Positions 8,131 to 16,125 of a DNA stretch of 42,647 nt are shown here, one piece after another; within the stretch, counting starts at the first letter, position 1; every line of letters begins with the position of its first letter. Source of the DNA: Vicinamibacteria bacterium. Lineage in GTDB: Bacteria; Acidobacteriota; Vicinamibacteria; Fen-336. A model generated the notes under the pieces. That model saw only the letters and a program-made list of their open reading frames with translations, did no database searches and was not told where the DNA came from. The position numbers and the translations under genes were made by a program. Where the stretch lies: NCBI GenBank assembly GCA_039812725.1, contig JBDIBD010000002.1:1-42647 (forward strand), read 5' to 3'.

Positions 8131-9093
8131 ATGCGTCGCAGCCCAGCCCTTCGCCAGCTCGGCCGGTTCGCGACGGCGGCCCTCGCCGCCCTGGCCGCGG
8201 CCTGCGGCGGTAGCGGGTCCGGCCCAGCCGCGGCGGTGCCCCTGACCCGCCAGCAAGCCGTACGCGAGGCGGTGCGCGTCAGCGCCGCGGCCCAGCTCCA
8301 GGTGATGCGGCAGGCCCGCGCCGGGATGAGCGAGCGCGACCTGAAGGCCATGGTCGACGAGGTCTTCCGGCGCGAGGGGGCCGAGGGGACGGCCTTCGCG
8401 CACATCGTGGCGGCCGGCGCCCACGCCGTGGACGCCCACTATTCCGGGGACTCGGGCGTGCTGCGGGAGGGCGACCTGGTGGTGGTCGACATCGGCGCGT
8501 CGATGGCCGGCTGGGCCTCCGACCTGACCCGCACCTTCCCGGTGTCGGCCCACTTCTCCGCCCGCCAGCGCGAGCTCTACCGCCTGGCGGTCGAGACGCA
8601 GGAGCTGGTGGCCGGGCGGGCCCACACGGGCGTCGACAGCCTCGAGGCCATGCAGGCCTGGTCGGTCGAGCTGTTCCGCGCCAGCCCGTTGCGGGCCGCC
8701 GCCGCCGACGGCTCGTCGCAGAGCCTCGACGCGTTCAACCCGTACCGGCTCGGGCACTACCTGGGCCGCGACGTGCACGGCAGCGACATGCCCTGGAGCT
8801 GGCAGCAGCCGCTCGAGGCCGACCAGGCCCTGACCGTCGAACCGGGATTCTACGTGGCCAGCGAGGGCCTGGGCTTGCGCATCGAGGACGACTACTGGGT
8901 CGGGCCGCAGGGCCTGGAGTGCCTTTCGTGCGGCCTGCCGCGCTGGCCGGACGAGGTGGAGGCGGCGCGCGCCGCGGGCCTGGCGGGACCGGCCTGGTCG
9001 CCGACCGCCCGCGCGCCGCTACCCGTCAGTCCCTACGCCAGCCAGCGGCGCCACATGGACCACCACCTGGCCCAGCCCGCGTCGCCGCGCTGA
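8131..9093 (+). CDS. M24-family metallopeptidase (Xaa-Pro peptidase catalytic domain only), predicted lipoprotein
   Basis: Lipobox 'LAALAAAC|GGSG' is present. Metal ligand context is 'VVVDIGASMAGWASDLTRTF', 'GHYLGRDVHG', 'LTVEPGFY' and 'LRIEDDY'. Confidence 0.8.
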   Translation: MRRSPALRQLGRFATAALAALAAACGGSGSGPAAAVPLTRQQAVREAVRVSAAAQLQVMRQARAGMSERDLKAMVDEVFRREGAEGTAFAHIVAAGAHAVDAHYSGDSGVLREGDLVVVDIGASMAGWASDLTRTFPVSAHFSARQRELYRLAVETQELVAGRAHTGVDSLEAMQAWSVELFRASPLRAAAADGSSQSLDAFNPYRLGHYLGRDVHGSDMPWSWQQPLEADQALTVEPGFYVASEGLGLRIEDDYWVGPQGLECLSCGLPRWPDEVEAARAAGLAGPAWSPTARAPLPVSPYASQRRHMDHHLAQPASPR

Positions 9094-9115
9094 GCCGCCG
9101 CCCGTCCCCCGGCGC

Positions 9116-9541
9116 TCACAGGAACGGGTTCACGACCCGGACCGTGCCGTAGAGACGGTCGTGCTGGAAGTCCTCGGACCAGAGCTCGGACAAGCCGTAG
9201 ACCTCCGCGTAGGCCCACAGGTGGGCGTCCCACCACGGAAGCTCGTACATGGCGGCGCCGCGCAGGGCGGTCCGCACGACGGCCTCGTTCGGGTAGAGCA
9301 CTTCGAAGGCGGCCAGGAGCTCCTCGGCCTCGCGGCGGGCCTGGCCCGCCTCGAGCAGCGGCGGACCGGCCGGCGTGGGCCTCGACACCGCCGCGACGAA
9401 CTCCAGCACGGCCTGGTGCGGAAGGCGGACGTCGTCGGCCTTCAGGCCCGTCAGCAGCAGCTCGGAGGCCCGCCGCTGCTTGGCCGGCGCCCGGGGATCG
9501 AACACGTAGACGAGGACGTTCGTGTCAACGAGCGCGGCCAC
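9116..9541 (-). CDS. vapC: PIN-domain toxin (VapC-like)
   Basis: 'MAALVDTNVLVYVFD...' is an N-terminal PIN motif. It is 141 aa and overlaps the upstream antitoxin by 17 nt. Confidence 0.8.
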   Translation of the reverse strand: MAALVDTNVLVYVFDPRAPAKQRRASELLLTGLKADDVRLPHQAVLEFVAAVSRPTPAGPPLLEAGQARREAEELLAAFEVLYPNEAVVRTALRGAAMYELPWWDAHLWAYAEVYGLSELWSEDFQHDRLYGTVRVVNPFL

Positions 9542-9803
9542 GGTCGTACAGCTCCTCGCGGGTCCAGCCCCGCCCGGAGGCCTCCGGCACCGGCCGGGCG
9601 GCCTCGCGCTCCCGCTGGCGGGCCAGCGCCCGCTCGAACAGCCGGACGCGCTCGCGCAGGTCCCGCCTCGGCCGGCGCGCCGGCACCACCCGGATCACGT
9701 CGCCGGCGGGCTCGAACGCCACGTCGGTGCCCGGCTCGATCTCGTAGCGGTCGGCGACCGCCTTGGGGATCGTGACCTGGAGCTTGCTCGTCACTCGCGA
9801 CAT
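9525..9803 (-). CDS. vapB: AbrB/SpoVT/MazE-fold antitoxin (VapB-like)
   Basis: 'SKLQVTIPKAVADRYEIEPGTDVAFEPAGDVIRVVP' is a swapped-hairpin AbrB-type DNA-binding motif. Confidence 0.75.
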   Translation of the reverse strand: MSRVTSKLQVTIPKAVADRYEIEPGTDVAFEPAGDVIRVVPARRPRRDLRERVRLFERALARQREREAARPVPEASGRGWTREELYDRGRAR

Positions 9804-9805
9804 GT

Positions 9806-9841
9806 CCTTACCGTAGCAAGGACGTGTTCCTTGATCAAGGA
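9806..9841 (-). promoter_or_regulatory. Two operator-like inverted repeats sharing TCCTT/AAGGA half-sites, plus candidate promoter TTGATC-17-TACGGT ending 6 nt before the ATG
   Basis: A perfect 14-bp palindrome TCCTTGATCAAGGA lies at 9828..9841 and also covers the stop of the upstream OMP gene. TCCTT-N8-AAGGA lies at 9806..9823. Confidence 0.45.
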
Positions 9842-10656
9842 CCCGTCGGCGCCGCCTGGCCCGGTCGGAGCATCACGACCAGCCCGGCCTCGAAGCCCCA
9901 GGTGCCGGTCGAGCTGTAGAGGCCGTGGCGCAGGGCCGCCGCGCCGCGCCACTTGCGCTGGCCGTAGCGCAGCCCCAGCCGCGCCTCGCCGCGCGACTCG
10001 GCGCCGGGGTCGCCCTCGCCCGCCCGGCCGGCCACCTCGGCCACCACGTTCACGTCCGCCCCCACGCGCCGCGCCAGGGCCAGGCCGTAGTTGAGGAAGT
10101 CCGACTGCTCGGGCGGCTTGCCCGAGCTCGGGAACGGGCGGTCGTGGATGCCCAGGCCCAGGTTGGCGTGCCACCACAAGCCGCCGGCCGAGCGGCTGGC
10201 CAGGAGGTCGACCGAGGTGCGGATGGTGTTGGGCCCGAGCCCCGCGGTGGCCTCGGTCTCGGGCAGGCTGGCGGCCAGCCGCACGGCGAAGGCCGGGCGC
10301 CCGCCGTGCTGGCCGGCGAAGCGCCACTTGGCGCGCAGGGTGATGTCGCCCCAGTCGGAGGTGGAGCCGTAGACCGCATCGTCGACCTGGCCCACGCGCG
10401 TGACCCACTCCAGGCCCAGCTCGACCGAGTCGGCCGGCGCGTAGGCCGCGCGCAGCAGCGGCCCGGCCCAGGTCGTGCGCGGCAGGCCGGTCTGGAAGTT
10501 CTCGACGTGGCCCAGGCTCCCGGCCCCGATCTCCAGCCGGACCTGGCCGAGGGGCGTGATCGTGGCGGGCTCGGTCTGCAGCGGCAGCTCCTGGGCCGGG
10601 GCCGCGGCGGCGGTCGTCAGGACGATCAGGAAGAGCGGGGCGAGGGAGGCACGCAT
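9835..10656 (-). CDS. Outer-membrane beta-barrel protein (possibly MetA-pathway/transporter-like OMP family)
   Basis: Signal peptide 'MRASLAPLFLIVLTTAAAAPAQE' is followed by alternating beta-strand pattern rich in aromatic/Gly residues. The family assignment is tentative. Confidence 0.65.
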   Translation of the reverse strand: MRASLAPLFLIVLTTAAAAPAQELPLQTEPATITPLGQVRLEIGAGSLGHVENFQTGLPRTTWAGPLLRAAYAPADSVELGLEWVTRVGQVDDAVYGSTSDWGDITLRAKWRFAGQHGGRPAFAVRLAASLPETEATAGLGPNTIRTSVDLLASRSAGGLWWHANLGLGIHDRPFPSSGKPPEQSDFLNYGLALARRVGADVNVVAEVAGRAGEGDPGAESRGEARLGLRYGQRKWRGAAALRHGLYSSTGTWGFEAGLVVMLRPGQAAPTGP

Positions 10657-13024
10657 GACCCCGGATCATACCGGCAGCGCCCGCTTCGCGGCACGCGCTC
10701 GCGCCCCTTATACTGGCCGGACCTTGACGATCTCGCCCCGCCAGACCTACTCGCCGCGGCGCCTGCGCGTGGTCCTGATCCTGCTGTCGCTGCTGACCCT
10801 GCCGGTGGTGGTCGGCACCTCCGCGCTCGTCTACTACTACCTGAAGTTCGGCGCGATGGTGGACCGGCGCCTGCAGGGCGAGCGCTGGATGGTCCCCTCG
10901 CGGGTCTACGCCCGGCCGCTGGCCCTGCGGCCCGGCCTGCTGCTCGAGCCCGAGGCGCTGGTGCGCAGCCTCAACGGCCTGAAGTACGAGCAGAAGGGCG
11001 ACCTGCCGGGCGCGCCCGGCGAGTTCATGGCCGCCGAGGGCGTGGTGACCCTGTTCCCGCGCCCGCTGCCCGGCGGCGAGAAGGGCGCCGAGGAGCCGCT
11101 GGCCGTGGTCTTCGAGAAGGGCCGCGTCAAGCAGCTCACGGGCCTGCGCAGCAAGCGCCCCTACGCCGGCCAGTCCCTCGAGCCCGAGCTGATCACCTAC
11201 CTGTTCGACGAGAGCCGCGAGAAGCGCCGGGTGGTCAAGTACGAGGAGCTGCCCGACCACCTGGTCAAGGCCGTGCTGGCCATCGAGGACCGGCGCTTCT
11301 TCAGCCACCCCGGCCTCGACCCCTTCCGCATCCTGGGGGCCATGCTGCGCAACCTGCGGGCCGACAGCTACCTGCAGGGCGGCAGCACCATCACGCAGCA
11401 GCTGGTCAAGAACTTCTTCCTGACCCCCGAGCGCACGGTCAAGCGCAAGGTCCAGGAGGCCCTGCTGGCGCTGGTGCTGGAGCGCCGCGCGCAGAAGAAG
11501 GACATCCTCGAGCTGTACCTCAACGAGATCTACCTGGGCCAGGTGGGCTCGTTCAGCATCAACGGCGTGGGCGAGGCGGCCCGGCTGTACTTCCACAAGG
11601 ACGTGGGCAACCTGACCCTCAGCGAGTCGGCCCTCTTGGCCGGCATGATCCAGTCGCCCAACCCCTACAACCCCTACCGCCACGCCAAGCGCGCCAAGGA
11701 GCGCCGCGACACCGTGCTGCGCGCCATGCGCGAGGCCGAGTTCATCGAGCCGGCCACGGCCGAGGCGGCCATCGCCCAGCCCATCAAGGTCGAGCAGGCC
11801 AGCCTCGACCGGGCCGAGGCGCCCTACCTCGTGGACCTGGTGCGGCAGCAGCTGGCCCAGCGCTACGACCCGCGCGACCTGACCACCCAGAACCTGGCCA
11901 TCCAGACCTCGCTGGACCTGCGCCTGCAGTCCGTGGCCCAGCGCGCGGTCGAGGAGGGCGTGACGGCCCTCGAGAAGTCCCTGCGCAAGAAGCCGGCCGG
12001 GCCCATCCAGGCCAGCCTCATCGCGCTCGAGCCGGCCACGGGCAACGTGGTGGCGCTGGTCGGCGGCCGCTCGTACGAGAGCAGCCAGTACAACCGCGTC
12101 ACCCAGGCCCGGCGCCAGCCCGGCAGCACCTTCAAGCCCTTCGTCTACCTGACGGCCTTCGAGGCCACCTTCGACGATCCCGGCCAGCCGCCCATCACCC
12201 CGGCCACGGTGGTCGAGGACGCCCCCAGCGTCTTCTTCTACGAGGACAAGGAGTACATCCCCGAGAACTACGAGGACAAGTACTTCGGCAACGTGACCCT
12301 GCGCTTCGCCCTGGCCCACAGCCTGAACGTGGCCACGGTCAAGGTGGCCGAGATGGTGGGCTACGACAAGGTGGCCGAGTTGTGGTCGAAGCGCCTGGGC
12401 ATGGGCTCGCAGATCGCCCCCTACCCCGCCGTGGCGCTGGGCTCCTTCGAGGCCACGCCGCTGGAGATGGCCACGGCCTACAACATCCTGGCCAACCAGG
12501 GCCTCAAGGTCGAGCCGGTGACGGTGCTGTCGGTCAGCGACGACCGCGGCCGGACCCTCGAGCAGCACCGCGCCCGGCCGCCGCAGCGCGTGGTGCACGA
12601 GGAGAGCGCCTACCTGGTGCTCAACATGATGCGCTCGGTGATGAACGAGGGCACGGCCGCCAGCTCGCGCGCGGCCGGCTTCCAGGCCGACGCGGCCGGC
12701 AAGACCGGCACCACCAACGACCTGCGCGACGCCTGGTTCGCCGGCTTCACCCCGGACCTGCTGTGCGTGGTGTGGGTGGGCCTCGACGACAACACCCCGC
12801 TCGGGCTGTCGGGCGCCCGGGCCGCGCTGCCGATCTGGCTCCAGTTCATGAAGGGCGCCCTGGCCGGCGTCCCCTCGCGGGCCTTCCCGGCCCCCGCCGA
12901 GAACGTGGTCTTCATGGACATCGACAAGGAGACGGGCCTGCTGGCCGGGCCCGGCTGCCCGAAGGTGTTCTCGGAGGCCTTCGTGGCCGGCACCGAGCCG
13001 CGCGAGCCCTGCCAGCAGCACTGA
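10655..13024 (+). CDS. Class A penicillin-binding protein (GT51 transglycosylase + transpeptidase)
   Basis: 'IEDRRFFSHPGLD' and 'GGSTITQQLVKN' (GT51) are present, with 'STFKP', 'HSLN' and 'KTGTTND' (transpeptidase). SD GGGAGG lies 5 nt upstream of the ATG at 10655. An alternative in-frame TTG is at 10724. Confidence 0.88.
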   Translation: MTPDHTGSARFAARARAPYTGRTLTISPRQTYSPRRLRVVLILLSLLTLPVVVGTSALVYYYLKFGAMVDRRLQGERWMVPSRVYARPLALRPGLLLEPEALVRSLNGLKYEQKGDLPGAPGEFMAAEGVVTLFPRPLPGGEKGAEEPLAVVFEKGRVKQLTGLRSKRPYAGQSLEPELITYLFDESREKRRVVKYEELPDHLVKAVLAIEDRRFFSHPGLDPFRILGAMLRNLRADSYLQGGSTITQQLVKNFFLTPERTVKRKVQEALLALVLERRAQKKDILELYLNEIYLGQVGSFSINGVGEAARLYFHKDVGNLTLSESALLAGMIQSPNPYNPYRHAKRAKERRDTVLRAMREAEFIEPATAEAAIAQPIKVEQASLDRAEAPYLVDLVRQQLAQRYDPRDLTTQNLAIQTSLDLRLQSVAQRAVEEGVTALEKSLRKKPAGPIQASLIALEPATGNVVALVGGRSYESSQYNRVTQARRQPGSTFKPFVYLTAFEATFDDPGQPPITPATVVEDAPSVFFYEDKEYIPENYEDKYFGNVTLRFALAHSLNVATVKVAEMVGYDKVAELWSKRLGMGSQIAPYPAVALGSFEATPLEMATAYNILANQGLKVEPVTVLSVSDDRGRTLEQHRARPPQRVVHEESAYLVLNMMRSVMNEGTAASSRAAGFQADAAGKTGTTNDLRDAWFAGFTPDLLCVVWVGLDDNTPLGLSGARAALPIWLQFMKGALAGVPSRAFPAPAENVVFMDIDKETGLLAGPGCPKVFSEAFVAGTEPREPCQQH

Positions 13025-13031
13025 CGCGCCG

Positions 13032-13110
13032 CGTCGTCCCGAGCGACACCGTCCCCGGCACCGTCATCCTGAGCGACACCGTCCGGCTGGGGAGCGAAGG
13101 ATCTCTCGAG
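13032..13110. repeat. MITE/REP-like element, copy B (solo arm plus a partial tandem duplication of its 5' 23 nt)
   Basis: 'CGTCATCCTGAGCGACACCGTCCGGCTGGGGAGCGAAGGATCTCTCGAG' (13062..13110) matches one arm of copies A and C. It is preceded by 'CGTCGTCCCGAGCGACACCGTCC' (13032..13054). It lies between two convergent stop codons. Confidence 0.75.
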
Positions 13111-13164
13111 CCGTAGGGCCCGCGCACGCAGCCTCCTCCAGGCGAGCGCCGTCGTTCCGCCCTG

Positions 13165-15978
13165 TCAGCGGGGCCCCGGCCCGCCGTGAGGCCACGCGCG
13201 CCGGAGGGCCTTGACCACCTCGGTCAGCCACAGCACGGAGCTGCCGGTGGCCGCGCAGACCAGCCAGTCGCGGAGGTCCAGGGCCACGGTCGAGAACGCC
13301 TGCTGCAGGAACGGCGCGTAGACGACGCCCGCCTGGAGCGCCAGCGCCAGGGCGACCGCGCCCCACAGCCACTTGTTGGCGAACAGCCCGGCGAACGCGC
13401 TGCGGTCCTCGGATCGGCCGGCGAAGACCGTGAACATGGAGAAGAACACCAGGGTGGTGAAGGCTCGGGTCTGGGCGTAGCGCAGTCCTCCGGCGCCCTC
13501 GATCAGGCCTCCGGGGAGCGACGCGTCGAGCACGAGCAGGGTGCCCACGGCGCTGATCACCCCCACGAACCCGATCCCCGCCCACATGGTCGGCGTGATC
13601 ACCCGCTCCGCGCGCGGGCGAGGCGGCCGCTCCATCAGCGCGGAGTCGATCGGATCCACTCCGAGGGCCAGCGCCGGGGCGCCGTCCGTGGCGAGGTTGA
13701 TCCACAGGAGCTGCGTCGCCAGGAGCGGCAGCACGACCGCGCCGGCCTCGGCGGAGAGGCCGAGGGCTGGCGCGAACACCACGCCGAAGAACATGGTCAG
13801 CACTTCACCGATGTTCGAGGAGAGCAGGTAGCGCAGGAACTTGCGGATGTTCTCGTAGATGCCGCGGCCCTCCTCCACGGCCGCCACGATGGTCGCGAAG
13901 TTGTCGTCCGCCAGGACCATGTCCGCCGCTTCCTTCGAGACGTCGGTGCCCGTGACGCCCATGGCGATGCCGATGTCCGCCGTCTTCAGGGCCGGGGCGT
14001 CGTTGACCCCGTCTCCGGTCATGGCCACCACGGCGCCTCCCCGGCGCAGGGCCCGCACGATCCGCAGCTTGTGCTCGGGCGTCACGCGTGCGTAGACGGA
14101 GACCTCGCGCGCCGCGTGGTCGAGGTCGTCGTCGCCCAGGCGCTCGATCTCCGGCCCGCTCAGGGACCGGCCGTCGGCGGCGATCCCGAGCTCCTTCGCG
14201 ATCACGCTGGCGGTGACCGGATGGTCGCCGGTGATCATGATCGGGCGGATGCCGGCGGCCCGGGTCCGCGCCACGGCCGCGGCCGCCTCCGGGCGGGGCG
14301 GGTCGAGCATGCCGATCAGGCCGAGGAAGACGAGGTCCTCCTCCAGCTCCTCGCCGGCGTCCTCGGGATCGAAGGCCTCCTTCGGTATCGACCTGTAGGC
14401 CACCGCCAGGGTGCGCAGGGCCTCGCCCGCCAGGTCCTCGTTGACCCGCAGGATCTCCCGGCGTCGCGCCGCGTCGAGGGGCCGCGGCTGCTCGCCCACC
14501 AGCTCCCGCGTGCAGCGGGCGAGCAGGACGTCGGGCGCTCCCTTGGTGAGCGCCAGCACCCGCTCCAGCCGCTGCGCGTCGCTGTGGACGGTGCTCATGA
14601 GCTTCCGATCGGAGGAGAAGGGGACTTCCGCGAGCCGCGCGAAGCGGGCCTCGAGAGCGGCGCTCTCCAGCCCCGCCTTGCGCGCGGCCACGATCAGGGC
14701 GCCCTCGGTCGGATCGCCCTGGACGGCCCAGTGGCCGTCGCGCTCCTGGAGCACGGCGTTGTTGGCGCGGTCGGCGGCGGAGAGGGCGCGGACCAGCTCC
14801 ACCGCGAAGGGCCCCTCGATGGCGCCCCCGCCCTCCCGGGCCACTTCCCCTTCGGGCCGGTAGCCCGAGCCACCGAAGCGGACGCGGCCGCTGGCGGTGA
14901 CCACCACCCGGACCGTCATCTCGTTCCTGGTCAGGGTGCCGGTCTTGTCCGAGGCGATCACGGTCGCAGAGCCGAGGGTCTCGACCGCGGAGAGATGGCG
15001 GACGATGGCCTGGCGCCGGGCGGCGCGCTGCACGCCCAGCGAGAGGACGGCGGTCACGACGGCCGGAAGGCCTTCGGGCACCGCCGCCACGGCCAGCGCC
15101 ACGCCCAGGATCAGGACCTCGAAGAGCGCGGCCAGACCCGACACCTTCTCGACCACGACGATCGTGACGATCATGACGACCGCGATGGAGACGACCAGCG
15201 CGCCGAGCCGCTTTCCGACCCGGTCGAGCTCCTTCTGCAGGGGCGTGACCTCGGCCTGCGTCCGCCCCAGGAGGCCGGCGATCCTGCCCATCTCGGTCCG
15301 CATGCCGGTCGCCACGACCAGGGCCCGGCCACGGCCGCAGGCCACCGCCGTCCCGCTGTAGATCATGTCGTTCCGGTCGCCGAGGACGGCCTCGGCCGCG
15401 ACCGTGCGGGTGTCCTTGGAGACCGGGAGGCTCTCTCCGGTGAGCGCGCTCTCGGCCGTCTGGAGCGCGGCCGTGCGGATGAGCCGCGCGTCGGCCGGGA
15501 CGGTGTCGCCCTCCTCGACGATCACGACGTCGCCGGGAACGACGGTCGCCGCGAGGACGCCCTGCCGCCTTCCGCCCCGCAGCACGCGGGCCTGAGCGGC
15601 CGTCAGGCGGCGCAGCGCGGCCACCGCCGCCTCCGCCCGGGACTCCTGGAGATGGCCCATGGCGGCGTTGAGGAGCACGACCGCGAGGATCGCCAGGGCC
15701 TCGTACGGCAGCGGGGTCTCGCGCTCGAAGGCCCACAGGCCGAAGGAGATGGCCGTGGCGACGAGCAGCAGGACGACGAGGGCGTCCTGGAACTGCGCGA
15801 GGAACCGGCGCCAGGCAGGAACCGGCTTCTCCGCCGCGAGCTCGTTGCGACCGTAGCGAGAGAGGCGCGAGCGCGCCTCCGCTTCGCTCAGGCCCTGCTT
15901 CGGATCCGAGCCCAGCGCGGAGAGAGCCTCCTCGATGGTCCGCGCATGCGCGTCCAGGAGGAGGCTCGTCTCAGGCAC
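13165..15978 (-). CDS. P-type cation-transporting ATPase (P2, Ca2+/Mg2+-ATPase-like)
   Basis: 'TGES', 'PEGLPAVVT', 'DKTGTLT', 'MITGDH' and 'TGDGVNDAPALKTADIGIAMG' are present. The GTG start has GGGAGG 6 nt upstream. The rest of ORF 13165..17712 is read-through. Confidence 0.9.
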   Translation of the reverse strand: MPETSLLLDAHARTIEEALSALGSDPKQGLSEAEARSRLSRYGRNELAAEKPVPAWRRFLAQFQDALVVLLLVATAISFGLWAFERETPLPYEALAILAVVLLNAAMGHLQESRAEAAVAALRRLTAAQARVLRGGRRQGVLAATVVPGDVVIVEEGDTVPADARLIRTAALQTAESALTGESLPVSKDTRTVAAEAVLGDRNDMIYSGTAVACGRGRALVVATGMRTEMGRIAGLLGRTQAEVTPLQKELDRVGKRLGALVVSIAVVMIVTIVVVEKVSGLAALFEVLILGVALAVAAVPEGLPAVVTAVLSLGVQRAARRQAIVRHLSAVETLGSATVIASDKTGTLTRNEMTVRVVVTASGRVRFGGSGYRPEGEVAREGGGAIEGPFAVELVRALSAADRANNAVLQERDGHWAVQGDPTEGALIVAARKAGLESAALEARFARLAEVPFSSDRKLMSTVHSDAQRLERVLALTKGAPDVLLARCTRELVGEQPRPLDAARRREILRVNEDLAGEALRTLAVAYRSIPKEAFDPEDAGEELEEDLVFLGLIGMLDPPRPEAAAAVARTRAAGIRPIMITGDHPVTASVIAKELGIAADGRSLSGPEIERLGDDDLDHAAREVSVYARVTPEHKLRIVRALRRGGAVVAMTGDGVNDAPALKTADIGIAMGVTGTDVSKEAADMVLADDNFATIVAAVEEGRGIYENIRKFLRYLLSSNIGEVLTMFFGVVFAPALGLSAEAGAVVLPLLATQLLWINLATDGAPALALGVDPIDSALMERPPRPRAERVITPTMWAGIGFVGVISAVGTLLVLDASLPGGLIEGAGGLRYAQTRAFTTLVFFSMFTVFAGRSEDRSAFAGLFANKWLWGAVALALALQAGVVYAPFLQQAFSTVALDLRDWLVCAATGSSVLWLTEVVKALRRAWPHGGPGPR

Positions 15979-16125
15979 GCCGCACCTCCCTCGACCCTCG
16001 GCCCAGGCACGCGTAGAGGTGTACCACGCAGGCTGCCCCTGACGAAACGCGGGCACCGGGATGGGCTCCTCCGGGGCGCGCGGGTGGGCGGTGTAGTCTT
16101 GTCGCGACGCCGCGAGGAGGCCGCC

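Noticed and set aside
9791-13116. Very long ORFs antisense to or out of frame with the PBP gene (9791..13021 minus, 9925..13116 plus). Similar cases occur across the window (73..1764, 6088..7803, 13186..16125, 13805..15736, 18256..20746, 21121..23184, 23948..25774, 26030..28466, 28826..30052, 30405..31706, 31751..33067, 33011..34291, 36763..40650, 37460..40615, 41199..42410).
   Set aside because: Their translations are Arg/Ala/Gly/Pro/His-rich low-complexity strings with no recognisable motifs. Stop codons are rare in every frame of DNA this GC-rich. The alternative frame or strand in each case encodes a protein with clear family motifs.
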